Shown: positions 32,697-44,874 of the stretch, in pieces
Layout of the letters: every line of letters starts with the position of its first letter
How positions within the stretch are numbered: position 1 is the stretch's first letter
NCBI GenBank assembly: GCA_963727895.1
Contig: CAVSHT010000012.1
Location: 224,001 to 288,000, forward strand
Origin: an uncultured Methanosarcinaceae archaeon
Lineage (GTDB): Archaea > Halobacteriota > Methanosarcinia > Methanosarcinales > Methanosarcinaceae
DNA: 64,000 nucleotides
Reading direction: 5' to 3'
The notes under the pieces: model-generated
What the model was told of the DNA's origin: nothing
Database searches by the model: none
Seen by the model: only the letters and a program-made list of their open reading frames with translations
Translations under genes and position numbers: made by a program

Positions 32697-33881
32697 AAAC
32701 TGCAACACATTTAGAGGTATTTGTGATATATATTCTTTTCGCTGCTTGATCCCCACGAACTTTTTTAAAAAAGCTTGGTCAATAAAATCTCTATTCAATA
32801 TTAAGTCAAACAGGGTGATGCTTGTACTTAAGGTATTAGTTTCAAATTAACGTTATTTTTTACTTATTTTTTTACTGGGTTATTAATGATCTAGTCTACA
32901 GAAGAATCTTGAATGTAATTATCTGCACATGTATATTTTTTCATAAGAATAATTGAAGACAAGGTAATATACTCATTCCAATTCTCAAAATGATTGTTAA
33001 AATCGATGTGAAGCTACAGTTTTATTATACTAATTATATAAATGCTCTAATTATGTAGTCTATTTGTTATATATTTTAATTTTATATACATAGTTTTATT
33101 TTATTGTTAACCTTCTCTCTTAACTCAAAGGCAGATTTTATTAATACATGTATTTGAGAGAATATTAAAATAAATATTCATCTAATAATATCATTTAATT
33201 ATGCTGTTAAAATGAAGTTTTTTGTTAAATTTTCTGTTTTTTATTAACATTCCAATAAAAATAACTTTTTTTCATGTACTTCACTTCCAAAAGTATTAAT
33301 CTTTGAAACTTTAATATTGAAAACATCTCAATTGTATAAATTATTTTATACTATTCATTGGAAAACAGATTCTAATTATTTATACTTTCATGACGATTTC
33401 TCTAATCCTTGCTTTATGTAGAAAGGGATCTGTTCCTTTTGAATAACTTTCTTTTTTATCAAAAGGACCACGAACTTCTAAATTGCTCTTTTTATTATAT
33501 TTATTTCAAAGCTAACTTGATTGTGATTCTATTTTGGGATATAGTTTACCTGGAGTTTTCAATGCCGAAATTTTCCCTCGGCTGGTATATATTAGCATAC
33601 TTTTTTTATACAAATGAAATTATTCAACGCTTAACAAAAGATTAATGTAATGATTATGTTATACGGAGTTTTAGATGGATATAATAAAGCTGCTTGGACT
33701 TCTTTAATGATGGCTTTTTCTTTTGTGCTCTCTATCATCCGCATGGTATTTGGATTTGATCTAGCCTAAATCGAACAAAATATCTATTCCATATATCATA
33801 CAAAATTCTAAAAAATTATTGAATATTGAAAACTTTAATGTGGTCCATAAATGATAGTTTTTGAATCTAAAAACGAAAACA

Positions 33882-34007
33882 ATGAGAGAACTTAAAAGTT
33901 CATCTAGATATACAAGTAACTCTTCCTCTAACTCTACTGAAGAGGAACAGGTAACATTATCTATATTGATAGGAACCATATTCAAGGACCCTAAAATCGT
34001 TGCCTGA
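33882..34007 (+). CDS. 41-aa small ORF directly upstream of the prenyl diphosphate synthase
   Basis: MRELKSSSRYTSNSSSNSTEEEQVTLSILIGTIFKDPKIVA; its TGA overlaps the ATG at 34007 (TGATG). Confidence 0.4.
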   Translation: MRELKSSSRYTSNSSSNSTEEEQVTLSILIGTIFKDPKIVA

Positions 34008-34894
34008 TGCCTGTCTACAACCATGGAGTAATATTAATGAATATTGAAGAGTGGGAAGAATACAGATATGTTGAATTAGGAATAAATAATTTTATTACCC
34101 AAATGAAGGATTCAAATTTAAAAAAAATAGTAGAACACGTCTGTAATACTGGAGGAAAGCGAATAAGGCCAATTATTCTTCTTTTATCCAGTGAGATCTG
34201 TTCAGGCTCGTATCAACAGAGCCTTGATGCAGCTCTTGCTATTGAAATGATGCATTCGGCTTCTCTAATCCACGATGATCTGCTGGACCAGGGGCTTGTT
34301 AGAAGAAACCTGCCGTCAGCCCCTGAAAAATTTGGTCCTTCTAAAGCACTTCTTTGTGGTGATTACTTAATTGCAAAGTGCTTTGAATTTATTTCTCCGT
34401 ATGGAGAAAGAGTTGTTAGATATTTTGGAAAAGCTGGAATGGACATGGCTGAAGGAGAAGTCCTTGATCTTAGATTCGATAAAGATAATTTTAGAGAAAA
34501 TAACTATTTCGAGTGCATTTACAAGAAAACGGCATCCTTATTTGCAGTAAGTGCCTCTATAGGGGCATATACTGGAGGAGCTGATGAAGTTCTTGTAGAG
34601 CGTTTCAATTTCTTTGGAAATTCTCTTGGAACTGCATATCAGATTGTTGACGATATTCTTGAGTTTCTGGAAGTAGTTGACGGTAAACAATCAAAGTTTA
34701 CATCTGAAACTCTGCTGCATGTGTACATAAAGAATATGTCGGAGGACGAGGCAATACAAAAATCTATAGATGCCGTAAAGCTACACGTTAATGCTGCAAA
34801 AGAAACCCTCATGACATTCAAAGCATGCCCGGCAAGGGATAAACTCTTTCAGATTACTGATTATATAACTGTTGATATGCTTGAGAATCTCTAA
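34007..34894 (+). CDS. trans-polyprenyl diphosphate synthase, closely resembling the Methanosarcina geranylfarnesyl-PP synthase
   Basis: GGKRIRP, SLIHDDLLD..RR, KTASLF and YQIVDD; alternative start at 34037 after GGAGT. Confidence 0.9.
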   Translation: MPVYNHGVILMNIEEWEEYRYVELGINNFITQMKDSNLKKIVEHVCNTGGKRIRPIILLLSSEICSGSYQQSLDAALAIEMMHSASLIHDDLLDQGLVRRNLPSAPEKFGPSKALLCGDYLIAKCFEFISPYGERVVRYFGKAGMDMAEGEVLDLRFDKDNFRENNYFECIYKKTASLFAVSASIGAYTGGADEVLVERFNFFGNSLGTAYQIVDDILEFLEVVDGKQSKFTSETLLHVYIKNMSEDEAIQKSIDAVKLHVNAAKETLMTFKACPARDKLFQITDYITVDMLENL

Positions 34895-35025
34895 TTGTTT
34901 ATCTTCTCTTAAAAAAGAATCGCAATTTTGCAGAGTTCTCTGTATGTAATACGAAAAAAATAATATCTTTTTGTTATTATTAGCAAATTTTCCAATTTTT
35001 ACCACTAACTTTACCAGGTGTATCC

Positions 35026-36204
35026 ATGCGAGTATATAATAGTCCAGTTATTAAGGTAAACGCCAACACAGAAAATGAAAAAATAGTGCTCGATGCCGAA
35101 GGGCCTCTTTCCCAGCTTGCAAAACCCTTCCTCAAGCGCATAAACAACATTTTTGCGGAAGAAAAGCCAGTTTCAATGAACGAGAACGAGATTATTTTCT
35201 CTACATGGATTCCACCTATTCCGGGACCTGTTTTTAACCGAATGATAAGTGCTGAGATAGCATCTATCAGAAAAAAAAGAGTCCCTGATCAGTTTTCGAT
35301 AGGAATTACTGCCCGTTGTCCAAATCACTGTATCCATTGCGGAGCAGCTGATATCAAGCCAGAAAGGGAACTAACTCTTGATGAGATTTCTGAAGCTGTA
35401 GACCAAAGTCTAGATCTTGGTACGTATCTTGTTTGTTTTGATGGCGGAGAAACTATGCTCCGAAACGATCTGGTTGAGATGGTAGCCAGAGTAGACAAAT
35501 CTAAGGCAATTGCTACTTGTTTCACCTCAGGGTTCAGACTTTCCGAGGAGAGAGCAAGAGAACTTAAAGATGCTGGTCTATACGCTGCAAGAATTAGTTT
35601 GGATAGCCCATATGAAGCCGAACATGATCGTATTCGTGGAAGAAATGGAGCATATAGGGATGCAATTGATGGAATCAAGAATGCAAAAGCAGCTGGAATT
35701 CTCACTGATATGTTTGTGGTGGTATCTCCTCACAACATTGACGATCTTGAGGAATTTCATAATCTTGCAGTTGACTTTGGAATGCACGAACTATCCATCT
35801 ATGAAATAATTGCAGTTGGACGCTGGCTTGATCACGAGGACGAGGTAATCGGGGAAAAAGATGTCTTAAGACTTGAGAAATTTCAGAAAGCAATAAATTC
35901 TAAGCCTGAAGGTCCCAGAGTCACCGCATTGCCATATCTTTTGGGTCCAAGTCTCTTTGGGTGTTTTGCGGGCAGGCGGTGGATGCACGCCGCTTCTGAT
36001 GGAGAAGTAATGCCTTGTGCCTATACTCCTCTCTCTTTTGGAAATATCTGTGAAGAGTCCTTAGAAACTATCTGGAAGCGTATGGGCAAGCATGACGCTT
36101 ACAAAAAGGATGCTGCTTATTGCATGATGCGCAACCCCGATTTCCGTACAGAATATATTCATACAATCCCTCAGGGTGCAAAGATCCCTTATAGGCTCAA
36201 GTAA
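35026..36204 (+). CDS. Radical SAM protein with a SPASM/twitch-type C-terminus
   Basis: CPNHCIHC, GGE and GCFAG..DGEVMPC..FGNI..W. Confidence 0.9.
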   Translation: MRVYNSPVIKVNANTENEKIVLDAEGPLSQLAKPFLKRINNIFAEEKPVSMNENEIIFSTWIPPIPGPVFNRMISAEIASIRKKRVPDQFSIGITARCPNHCIHCGAADIKPERELTLDEISEAVDQSLDLGTYLVCFDGGETMLRNDLVEMVARVDKSKAIATCFTSGFRLSEERARELKDAGLYAARISLDSPYEAEHDRIRGRNGAYRDAIDGIKNAKAAGILTDMFVVVSPHNIDDLEEFHNLAVDFGMHELSIYEIIAVGRWLDHEDEVIGEKDVLRLEKFQKAINSKPEGPRVTALPYLLGPSLFGCFAGRRWMHAASDGEVMPCAYTPLSFGNICEESLETIWKRMGKHDAYKKDAAYCMMRNPDFRTEYIHTIPQGAKIPYRLK

Positions 36205-37112
36205 CATTTTTTTGTGTTATTTTTAATTTTTTAGATTGTCATCTAACAAATAAATATTTTTAAAACGTTTCAAATAATAATTATTTTTAATTGAAAATAA
36301 ATTGATTTTCGGTATAAATTTAATACTGAATCTCGTATTCAATTTCTATAATTTAAATAATGTGTTAGTTATTGCTATTTCAGCTCTGTAGAAATCCTCA
36401 ATATTCAGGCAAAAATCAAAGTTAACAAGAATTCAAAAAGTATTATCACTTATTTTATAGATTTGCCGTTATCAACCTGATGATAGTGGATTTGATAGGT
36501 TTTTTACAGAGCCGCTCTTTCTGTAACTTTATAAATGTTAATTGGATGCATAGATAATTGTAGTAATCATTATAACGTTAATACTGAATATAATAAATTT
36601 CAATGTAGTTGGATATTAAATATAATTATATTTATTTAGTCCTCTCTCTAAAAACTTTCGAAGTATGTTCAAAAGCGAGGAAAAAAGCGTGAGATGTCTT
36701 AACTAAAAGTATTCATTTATATTTGTTAACTTAATTTTATAACATTATGAACACACATATTTTTAGATCTTTGCTTTAATTATTCAGTTACGCTTTATAT
36801 TAAATTATCGAACGTTCTATTAGATAATATTTTGATATTGAATTATAGTTCACTGTTGCAATATAATAGTATTTTTACTGTAATCTTTGGTAATTTCATT
36901 TAAATCATATCTCCGGTTATTTGTATTAGATTATATATTAAAAAATTTTATAAGTTCTTTTATAATTATTATTCATTACATATGCCCCTCTCTTTTTGGA
37001 TAAAACCGAAGCTGTTATATAGTTCATTCGCTAAGGATTTGTTAACTACCTCCATTGAAGTAGGGATTTTTAATTATTAATCTATATTAAATATTGAGAG
37101 ACGGAGATTCAC

Positions 37113-37439
37113 ATGGCTAAAAATGAAATCTTATCTGAAATCAAAAAAGCAGAAGAGAATGCGAAAAAAATGATTGATGAAGCCATTGATGTAAAAAACA
37201 AACGTATCTCTGATGCTCGAACTGAAGCTAGAGAAATCCTGAAACAAGGTGAAATTGATTCACATAAAGCTGCACAGGATTCTTTTAAATCTGGTGAAGA
37301 AAAAGTTCTGGTTGAGAAAGACAGAGTTCTTAAAGATGGTGAACAAGATGCTTTAGCCATGGCCCAAAAAGCTCAAGCTAATGTTGACAAAGCCGTTGAT
37401 TACCTGTTAATAGAGTTTGAGAGGGCGGTCCATGAGTAG
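37113..37439 (+). CDS. atpH: A1AO ATP synthase subunit H
   Basis: Charged coiled coil ([12 protein letters not shown]); first gene of the operon. Confidence 0.9.
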   Translation: MAKNEILSEIKKAEENAKKMIDEAIDVKNKRISDARTEAREILKQGEIDSHKAAQDSFKSGEEKVLVEKDRVLKDGEQDALAMAQKAQANVDKAVDYLLIEFERAVHE

Positions 37440-39375
37440 ACCCAAAAGAATGACAAAAGCCATAATTGTTGGGCATAAAAGTGTTTTAAAAGAAACCATC
37501 GATGCACTGCATGATTCTAATCTCCTTCATATTGAAGATTTTATTGATGATGAGTCTGGTTTTAAGATCAGCAAGCCATTTAAAAACGCTGAAGAAGTAT
37601 CTAAAAAGCTTGTGAAGATCCGCTCTATCTCCAATTATTTGGGGATTGAACAAACAAGACCGGCAGTCCAGAAAGCTGATTCAATTCTACATGAACTTGA
37701 TACAAAACTAAGTAAACTGGATCGTGCCATATCAGAAAAATCTGAAACAATCAGTAAATATGATGCCGAGTTAAAGGATCTGGAGAACCAAAAAAAGGAT
37801 CTTCTCCCATTCCTGTCTATAAATCTTGACTTTGATTATTATCGAGGTTATGAAAACCTGAAAGTTTTTGCAGGCATAATCAAAGGAAATTTAGAAGAAG
37901 GTCAAATTTCAAGCATCACCCAGGCATACGAATTGTACTTTGATCCTCAAGCAAAAACAGTTGTATTGTTCGTAGATCAGAAAGATGCTAGCAAAGTTCA
38001 AGAATTGCTTCAGAGTCTTGAATTTAGAGAGCTCAGAGTCCCAGAAAGAGGTGGTATTCCAAGCGAGTTGTTAAGAGCAACAGAACAAAGAGAGGCTGAA
38101 GCCTCAAGGAAGATCGAGTCACTAAAAGGAGAAGTGGAATCCTTAAAAGCACAATATACGGATTTCCTTCTTGCTAGCGAAGAGGTCTTAAGCATCGAAA
38201 ATCAGAAGGCAGAACTGCCCTTGAGAATTGCGACGTCTGAAAATGCCTTTATAATAGAAGGCTGGACTCCCAGCGAGAACTACGATACCTTGGTCAACAC
38301 TGTTAATGATGCTACATCTGGCCGGGCATATGTTACCTCACTCAAAATAGAAGAGGAAGATGAAGAAGACGGACATATACCTGTCGAGTATAATAACTCG
38401 AAACTAGCACAACCAATGCAGGAGATCATGGAACTGTACTCTAGGCCCAAATACACCGAAATCGATCCCACTTCAATTATATTCATTGCGTTCCCATTAA
38501 TTTACGGGATGATCCTTGGAGATATGGGGTATGCAATTATTCTGGGAGCAATGGCGCTGGCGCTTAAATCACTTATAAAATCAGATGCAGTAAAGCCTTT
38601 AATGAATATTCTGATCTACAGTGAAATATCAGCATTTATATTTGGTATTATTTATGGTGAGTTCCTAGGATTCCCGCTAGCGAATACGGCTGAAGAGCAA
38701 GGTTTAATCCCATTCTGGAATACGGTTACTTTGTTCCCAGGTCTTTCCGGCGAAGAATTCACATTCCCGGTTCATAGGGCTCACATGGTAATGACCATGA
38801 TTGCAGTATCTATCTTTGTAGGACTGATCCATCTAAATCTTGGGTATATTCTCGGTTTTATAAATGTTTCCAAGGAACATGGAGCAAAGATGGCAGTTAT
38901 GGAAAAAGGCAGTTGGATGATTATTGAGCTTGGTGTTCTCGTCGCAGCTATCGGCTATTTAGGTGGTATTTCTGGGCTGACTTATCTCGGTGCTATTATT
39001 CTTCTTCTCGGAGTAGTGTTACTCGCGATGGGTGAGGGTATCGCTGGTATAGTCGAATTACCAGGTCTTATGGGTAACGCGTTATCTTATGCCCGTATTA
39101 TAGCAGTTGGTCTGTCTTCGATTTACATCGCATCAACGGTCAATGATATTGCTTTCAAAATGATTTGGGCTGACCATTCTAAGATAGGTATTGCAGCAAT
39201 AGGTGCAATAATCGTGTTCATACTCGGGCATGCTCTTAACACTGCCTTGAGTATTATCGCTCCCGGTCTGCACGCACTCAGGTTGCAGTATGTAGAATTC
39301 TTTGGAAAATTCTATGAAGGCGGGGGCAGAAAATTCAATCCATTTGGTTATATAAGAAAATATACGGAGGAATAA
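37432..39375 (+). CDS. atpI: A1AO ATP synthase subunit I (a)
   Basis: YTEIDPT, LSYARI and [16 protein letters not shown]. Confidence 0.95.
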   Translation: MSRPKRMTKAIIVGHKSVLKETIDALHDSNLLHIEDFIDDESGFKISKPFKNAEEVSKKLVKIRSISNYLGIEQTRPAVQKADSILHELDTKLSKLDRAISEKSETISKYDAELKDLENQKKDLLPFLSINLDFDYYRGYENLKVFAGIIKGNLEEGQISSITQAYELYFDPQAKTVVLFVDQKDASKVQELLQSLEFRELRVPERGGIPSELLRATEQREAEASRKIESLKGEVESLKAQYTDFLLASEEVLSIENQKAELPLRIATSENAFIIEGWTPSENYDTLVNTVNDATSGRAYVTSLKIEEEDEEDGHIPVEYNNSKLAQPMQEIMELYSRPKYTEIDPTSIIFIAFPLIYGMILGDMGYAIILGAMALALKSLIKSDAVKPLMNILIYSEISAFIFGIIYGEFLGFPLANTAEEQGLIPFWNTVTLFPGLSGEEFTFPVHRAHMVMTMIAVSIFVGLIHLNLGYILGFINVSKEHGAKMAVMEKGSWMIIELGVLVAAIGYLGGISGLTYLGAIILLLGVVLLAMGEGIAGIVELPGLMGNALSYARIIAVGLSSIYIASTVNDIAFKMIWADHSKIGIAAIGAIIVFILGHALNTALSIIAPGLHALRLQYVEFFGKFYEGGGRKFNPFGYIRKYTEE

Positions 39376-39380
39376 AAACT

Positions 39381-39629
39381 ATGGTAGACGCAGGAACAGC
39401 AGCAGCAGCTATGCAAATGATAGGAGATTCAGGACTTAAAGCAATTGGTGCAGGACTTGCAATTGCAGGAACTGGGCTCGCATCCGGATGGGCAGAAAAA
39501 GATATCGGTTCTGCTGCAATCGGTGCAATGGCAGAGAATGAAGCCTTGTTCGGTAAAGGTCTGATCCTTACTGTCATTCCAGAAACCATTGTTATCTTCG
39601 GTCTTGTCGTAGCCTTGCTTATCAAATAA
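39381..39629 (+). CDS. atpK: A1AO ATP synthase subunit K (c, proteolipid)
   Basis: Two-TM hairpin with IPETIVIFG. Confidence 0.95.
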   Translation: MVDAGTAAAAMQMIGDSGLKAIGAGLAIAGTGLASGWAEKDIGSAAIGAMAENEALFGKGLILTVIPETIVIFGLVVALLIK

Positions 39630-39659
39630 AGCAGTGTTTACTCAGCAGATAAATAAATT

Positions 39660-39798
39660 GATTTAAGAGTATTCCCTGCTCTTAAATCTTTTAGAGAATC
39701 TTTGCTCTAAACCATTAGGGCATTTATGCTCTAAGTTTGTTGGGAAGTTTGCTCTTTTAGAGTATTCTTAGCTCTCTTAGAGTATCTTTTGCTCTAAA
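39660..39798 (+). repeat. Array of 5-6 related short hairpins between atpK and atpE
   Basis: Repeated (T)AGAGTA-N4-6-TGCTCT(AA) units. Confidence 0.75.
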
Positions 39799-39817
39799 TT
39801 TATTTGGAGGTGGAAGC

Positions 39818-40369
39818 ATGGGACTAGATATCGTTGTAAGAGATATCCAGAGTGGTGCACAGGCTGAAGTTTCTAGGATCAAGGCTGAAGCTGATGCAAG
39901 AGTATCTGAGATTCTAAATGAAGCCAGAGATGGCCAAAAAAAGATGCTCGGAGACAGCCTTGCACAAGCCGAAGAAGACCTCAAAAATCTACACCAACAA
40001 GTGATATCCAGTGCAAACCTTGACGTGAAAAGGATAAGACTTAATAAACGAAAAGAGCTTCTAGAGCAGGTTTATAATAAGGCCGATGAGTCTATAAAAT
40101 CAATGCCTGCTTCTAAAAATGAGAAGTTGTTAAAGGTTCTGATAGATGAGCATCAAGCTGAAGGTGTCAGAATTTATTCTGCAAAAGGTTCAGAACCTAT
40201 TGTCAGGAAATTATCTTCTTTATCTTACGCTGGTAACATCAATATTCTCGGTGGTATTGTTCTGGAAAACGAGGATAGAACGGTCAGGCTAGATTTCACA
40301 TACGATTCAATCCTGAAAAATGTGTACGAGCGTTCATTGAAGCAAATATCTGATATTTTATACGGGTGA
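39818..40369 (+). CDS. atpE: A1AO ATP synthase subunit E
   Basis: MGLDIVVRDI..GGIVLE..RLDFTYDSIL; operon position. Confidence 0.9.
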   Translation: MGLDIVVRDIQSGAQAEVSRIKAEADARVSEILNEARDGQKKMLGDSLAQAEEDLKNLHQQVISSANLDVKRIRLNKRKELLEQVYNKADESIKSMPASKNEKLLKVLIDEHQAEGVRIYSAKGSEPIVRKLSSLSYAGNINILGGIVLENEDRTVRLDFTYDSILKNVYERSLKQISDILYG

Positions 40370-40375
40370 TCTTCG

Positions 40376-41455
40376 ATGCGGCTTTTGGAGAGATTCCGGG
40401 GGAAAAAACCCTCACAATCCGATAAGAATAAAAAAGGAAATTCTAACTATGCCTATTCCGTAACCCGTGTCCGCGCGATGAAGAGTAAGTTGCTTCCTAA
40501 AGAATCGTATCCCCGGCTTCTCAACATGGGGATTGATGAAATTACCCGTTTTATCCAAGAGTCTGAATACAAAAACGACGTTGACGAACTGGCAATGAAA
40601 TACAGCGGTGGCGATCTGGCAGAACACGCATTAAACAGGAATCTTGCGCTCACATATGACAAGTTAGAAAGGATCACCACAGGAGAACTAAATTATTTGA
40701 GTACTGCATATCTGAAAAGATATGAAGTCTGGAACATAAAGACGCTTCTCCGCGGTAAACTTTACAACGCCCCTGTCGAAGATATCTTGGAGTTCCTAAT
40801 TGCTTCCGGGAAGTTTACTTACACTTTTCTGTCAGAACTTGCAGCCAAGCCAACATATCAGGAAATCGTTGATGCCCTGAGACAGACAGAATACTATTCT
40901 TTGCTGCAAACATTTGACGGAACTAACTTGGCCTACATAGAAAATGAGCTTGACAAAATTTATTATGCAAGTTTGTTTGAAGCAATCGGGGCACCAAAAT
41001 CTAAGGACCGTAAGCTTTTTGCCAGGTTCATCAAGCTGGAAGTCGACGTTAAGAATTTGAGTAACCTCTTCAGGCTGAAAAAAGCAGGAGTAGAACACTC
41101 TGATGAAATAATGCCTCTCATGATTGAGGGTGGGCTTGAGTTAAGGCCCGAGAAACTCGCACCTCTTCCATATGGAGAGTTTGTCAATGAGCTTCATAAA
41201 ACTCATTACTGGGATGCAATTTCAAATGTTATCGATTCGGATATGGCTTCCCTAACTAGTCTTGAAAGCAGGCTCACAAGATATTATCTTGAATCAGCAA
41301 CTACTTTTTCACACGCGTCTCCGATCTCAATTATACCTGTTATGGATTATATTATCCATAAGAATAATGAGATCACTAATCTTCGGATAATCTTCAGGGG
41401 TAAGGAGTCCGGCCTCAGTGATAACTTAATTAAAGACCAGTTGGTGATTATCTAA
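40376..41455 (+). CDS. atpC: A1AO ATP synthase subunit C
   Basis: [16 protein letters not shown] and [12 protein letters not shown]. Confidence 0.93.
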   Translation: MRLLERFRGKKPSQSDKNKKGNSNYAYSVTRVRAMKSKLLPKESYPRLLNMGIDEITRFIQESEYKNDVDELAMKYSGGDLAEHALNRNLALTYDKLERITTGELNYLSTAYLKRYEVWNIKTLLRGKLYNAPVEDILEFLIASGKFTYTFLSELAAKPTYQEIVDALRQTEYYSLLQTFDGTNLAYIENELDKIYYASLFEAIGAPKSKDRKLFARFIKLEVDVKNLSNLFRLKKAGVEHSDEIMPLMIEGGLELRPEKLAPLPYGEFVNELHKTHYWDAISNVIDSDMASLTSLESRLTRYYLESATTFSHASPISIIPVMDYIIHKNNEITNLRIIFRGKESGLSDNLIKDQLVII

Positions 41456-41757
41456 TGGAATTAGCAGTGATCGGAAAAAGCGATTTCGTTACGGGATTCA
41501 GGCTGGCTGGTGTCAGAAAAATCTACGAAGCTGCTGATATCACGGTCATCGAGTTAGCAGTAAAAGAGATGCTTCAAGATAAAAATGCCGGGATTCTTGT
41601 AATGCATAATGATGACATTAATAATCTGCCGGAAATTTTAAGGAAAGACCTGAATGAGTCTGTTCAGCCTACAGTGGTAGCCCTTGGAGGTAGTGGATCA
41701 GGCTCAAGTTTAAGAGATAAGATAAAACAAGCGGTAGGTGTTGATCTGTGGAAGTAA
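41455..41757 (+). CDS. atpF: A1AO ATP synthase subunit F
   Basis: [27 protein letters not shown]. Confidence 0.95.
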   Translation: MELAVIGKSDFVTGFRLAGVRKIYEAADITVIELAVKEMLQDKNAGILVMHNDDINNLPEILRKDLNESVQPTVVALGGSGSGSSLRDKIKQAVGVDLWK

Positions 41758-43484
41758 AAGGTGAAATTTATCGTGTGTCTGGGCCTGTCGTCACCGCCAT
41801 CGGCTTGCAGGCAAAAATGTATGACCTGGTCAAAGTCGGTAATGAAGGTCTAATGGGTGAAGTCATCCAGATATTAGGTCCCAAGACCATCATCCAGGTA
41901 TACGAAGAGACCGCAGGCGTCAAGCCAGGAGAACCTTGTTATTCTACAGGGTCTTCTCTGTCCGTGGAACTTGGTCCCGGTCTTCTTTCCAGTATTTATG
42001 ATGGGGTTCAGAGACCATTGAAGGTCCTGCTCGAAAGGACGGGCGACTTCATTGGCAGAGGTGTCACTGCAGATGGTCTTGACCACCAGAGACTCTGGGA
42101 TTTCAAACCCATTGTCAAGAAAGGTGACGTTGTAAAAGGTGGAGAAGTAATCGGTGTTGTACAGGAAACCGTGAATATTGAACATAAAATCATGATGCCT
42201 CCTGATATTTCAGGTACAGTTGCCGACATAAAGAGCGGAAACTTTACGGTAGTAGACACAATCTGTACTCTGACTGATGGGACTGAATTGCAGATGATGC
42301 AAAAGTGGCCTGTCAGGAGGCCCAGACCTGTTAGGTCAAAACTCACTCCAACCAGGCCTCTGGTTACAGGAATGAGAATCCTTGATGGGCTTTTCCCTGT
42401 GGCAAAAGGCGGAACGGCTGCAATCCCAGGACCTTTCGGATCTGGAAAGACCGTTACTCAGCAGTCGCTTGCAAAGTGGAGTGACACTGAAATTGTGGTC
42501 TACATCGGTTGTGGTGAGCGTGGAAACGAAATGGCAGATGTTCTGAGTGAATTCCCTGAACTTGAAGACCCACAGACTGGTCGTCCACTGATGGACCGTA
42601 CTGTTCTTATCGCTAATACTTCAAACATGCCTGTGGCCGCAAGAGAAGCATCTGTGTACACCGGAATCACCATTGCAGAATACTTCCGTGACATGGGATT
42701 AGATGTATCCCTTATGGCAGACTCCACCTCCAGGTGGGCAGAAGCCATGAGAGAAATCTCCTCCCGTCTTGAAGAAATGCCTGGTGAAGAAGGTTATCCT
42801 GCATACCTGTCTGCAAGGCTTGCTGAATTCTATGAGCGTTCCGGAGTTGCAGAGAGTCTCTGCGGTGAGACAGGTTCCATTACTGTTATTGGAGCAGTAT
42901 CTCCACCTGGTGGTGACTTCTCAGAGCCTGTTACGCAGAACACCCTGCGTATCGTAAAAGTTTTCTGGGCTCTCGATGCCAAACTCTCTCAGAGGCGTCA
43001 CTTCCCGGCCATCAACTGGCTGAACAGTTACAGTCTGTACAAGGACAGTCTTAATGACTGGTTTGCAGAGAACGTGGCTCCTGATTTTGTGGCTTTGAGG
43101 GAAAGGGCAATGGAAATGCTCCAGACAGAATCTGAACTGCAGGAAATCGTGCAGCTCGTAGGTTCTGACGCTCTGCCAGAAGATCAGCAGCTTCTGCTTG
43201 AAATCACCCGTATGCTCAGGGAAATTTTCCTGCAGCAGAATGCATTCCACCCAATAGATGCCTACAGTCCATTCTCTGAACAGTACGAGATCCTGAAGGC
43301 TATCATGAAGTGGGGAGACGCTGCAATGGATGCCTTGAAATCCGGTGTTCCAGTACCTGAAATTCTCAAGCTTGAATCCAGAAATGTGCTTGCTAAGGTC
43401 AAGTATGAGGAGAAGTTTACTGAGTCTATGAATGCTGTCCTGGCACAGATGGATAAAGAGTTTTCATCCCTGAGAGGTAGGTAA
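41748..43484 (+). CDS. atpA: A1AO ATP synthase subunit A; no intein
   Basis: GPFGSGKT P-loop and [10 protein letters not shown]. Confidence 0.97.
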   Translation: MEVKGEIYRVSGPVVTAIGLQAKMYDLVKVGNEGLMGEVIQILGPKTIIQVYEETAGVKPGEPCYSTGSSLSVELGPGLLSSIYDGVQRPLKVLLERTGDFIGRGVTADGLDHQRLWDFKPIVKKGDVVKGGEVIGVVQETVNIEHKIMMPPDISGTVADIKSGNFTVVDTICTLTDGTELQMMQKWPVRRPRPVRSKLTPTRPLVTGMRILDGLFPVAKGGTAAIPGPFGSGKTVTQQSLAKWSDTEIVVYIGCGERGNEMADVLSEFPELEDPQTGRPLMDRTVLIANTSNMPVAAREASVYTGITIAEYFRDMGLDVSLMADSTSRWAEAMREISSRLEEMPGEEGYPAYLSARLAEFYERSGVAESLCGETGSITVIGAVSPPGGDFSEPVTQNTLRIVKVFWALDAKLSQRRHFPAINWLNSYSLYKDSLNDWFAENVAPDFVALRERAMEMLQTESELQEIVQLVGSDALPEDQQLLLEITRMLREIFLQQNAFHPIDAYSPFSEQYEILKAIMKWGDAAMDALKSGVPVPEILKLESRNVLAKVKYEEKFTESMNAVLAQMDKEFSSLRGR

Positions 43485-43486
43485 GC

Positions 43487-44869
43487 ATGGTAAAAGAATA
43501 TAAGACAATCACTCAGATTGCAGGACCACTTATCTTTGTTGAAAAAACAGAGCCTGTGGGTTACAAAGAAATAGTTACTGTCAATCTGCCTGACGGGACC
43601 AGCCGCAGAGGTGAAGTGCTGGACTCGTCTTCAGACATAGTGGTTATCCAAATTTTTGAAGGTACTACTGGTCTGGACAAGAATTGTGGTGTAGTCTTCA
43701 CAGGGGAAACCCTGAAGCTCCCTGCATCCATTGACCTTCTCGGAAGGATCCTTTCAGGTTCAGGAGAACCACTTGACGGTGGACCCCGGATTGTGCCTGA
43801 CCAGCTTCTGGACATCAACGGAGCTGCGATGAACCCATATGCTAGGCTGCCTCCAAAGGATTTCATCCAGACAGGTATCTCCACAATAGACGGAACAAAC
43901 ACCCTTGTTCGTGGACAGAAACTGCCTATTTTCTCAGCTTCAGGTCTTCCACACAATGAAATTGCTCTGCAGATTGCAAGGCAGGCATCAGTGCCAGGTT
44001 CTGAATCTGCTTTCGCAGTAGTTTTCGCAGCAATGGGTATTACAAATGAAGAAGCTCAGTACTTCATGAACGACTTCGAAAAGACTGGGGCTCTTGAAAG
44101 GGCTGTTGTGTTCCTCAACCTGGCAGATGACCCTGCTGTCGAACGTATAGTCACTCCTCGTATGGCTCTGACTGCAGCTGAATATCTGGCATACGAACAC
44201 GGCATGCACGTACTTGTCATTCTGACTGACATTACTAACTATGCAGAAGCTCTTCGTCAGATGGGTGCCGCTCGTAACGAAATTCCTGGTCGTCGTGGGT
44301 ATCCTGGTTACATGTACACTGACCTTGCAACTCTCTATGAGCGTGCAGGTATTGTAAAGGGCGCAAAGGGGTCAGTTACCCAGATTCCAATTCTTTCGAT
44401 GCCTGGTGATGATATTACCCACCCGATTCCTGACCTGTCCGGATATATTACCGAAGGGCAGATTGTGGTTTCAAGAGAACTGCACAGGAAAGGTATCTAC
44501 CCGCCAATTAATGTGCTGCCTTCTCTGTCAAGGCTGATGAACTCCGGTATCGGAGCAGGCAAGACTAGAGAAGACCACAAGGCAGTTTCTGACCAGATGT
44601 ATGCAGGTTATGCAGAAGGGCGTGACCTGAGAGGTCTCGTGGCTATCGTCGGTAAAGAAGCTCTGTCTGAGAGAGATGTCAAGTTCCTTGAGTTTGCTGA
44701 CCTTTTCGAGGACCAGTTTGTCCGCCAGGGCAGAAACGAAAACAGGACAATTGAAGACACTCTGGACATTGGATGGAAGATCCTTGCACACCTGCCTGAA
44801 AACCAGCTGGGTAGGATTGATAACAAATACATCCAGAAATACCATCCTGCACACAGAAAGGGTCAGTGA
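43487..44869 (+). CDS. atpB: A1AO ATP synthase subunit B
   Basis: RGQKLPIFS and [14 protein letters not shown]. Confidence 0.97.
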   Translation: MVKEYKTITQIAGPLIFVEKTEPVGYKEIVTVNLPDGTSRRGEVLDSSSDIVVIQIFEGTTGLDKNCGVVFTGETLKLPASIDLLGRILSGSGEPLDGGPRIVPDQLLDINGAAMNPYARLPPKDFIQTGISTIDGTNTLVRGQKLPIFSASGLPHNEIALQIARQASVPGSESAFAVVFAAMGITNEEAQYFMNDFEKTGALERAVVFLNLADDPAVERIVTPRMALTAAEYLAYEHGMHVLVILTDITNYAEALRQMGAARNEIPGRRGYPGYMYTDLATLYERAGIVKGAKGSVTQIPILSMPGDDITHPIPDLSGYITEGQIVVSRELHRKGIYPPINVLPSLSRLMNSGIGAGKTREDHKAVSDQMYAGYAEGRDLRGLVAIVGKEALSERDVKFLEFADLFEDQFVRQGRNENRTIEDTLDIGWKILAHLPENQLGRIDNKYIQKYHPAHRKGQ

Positions 44870-44874
44870 TTACC

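Noticed and set aside
33409..33645. 78-aa ORF in the AT-rich gap
   Set aside because: TTG start, no RBS, and low-complexity F/Y/L composition typical of spurious ORFs
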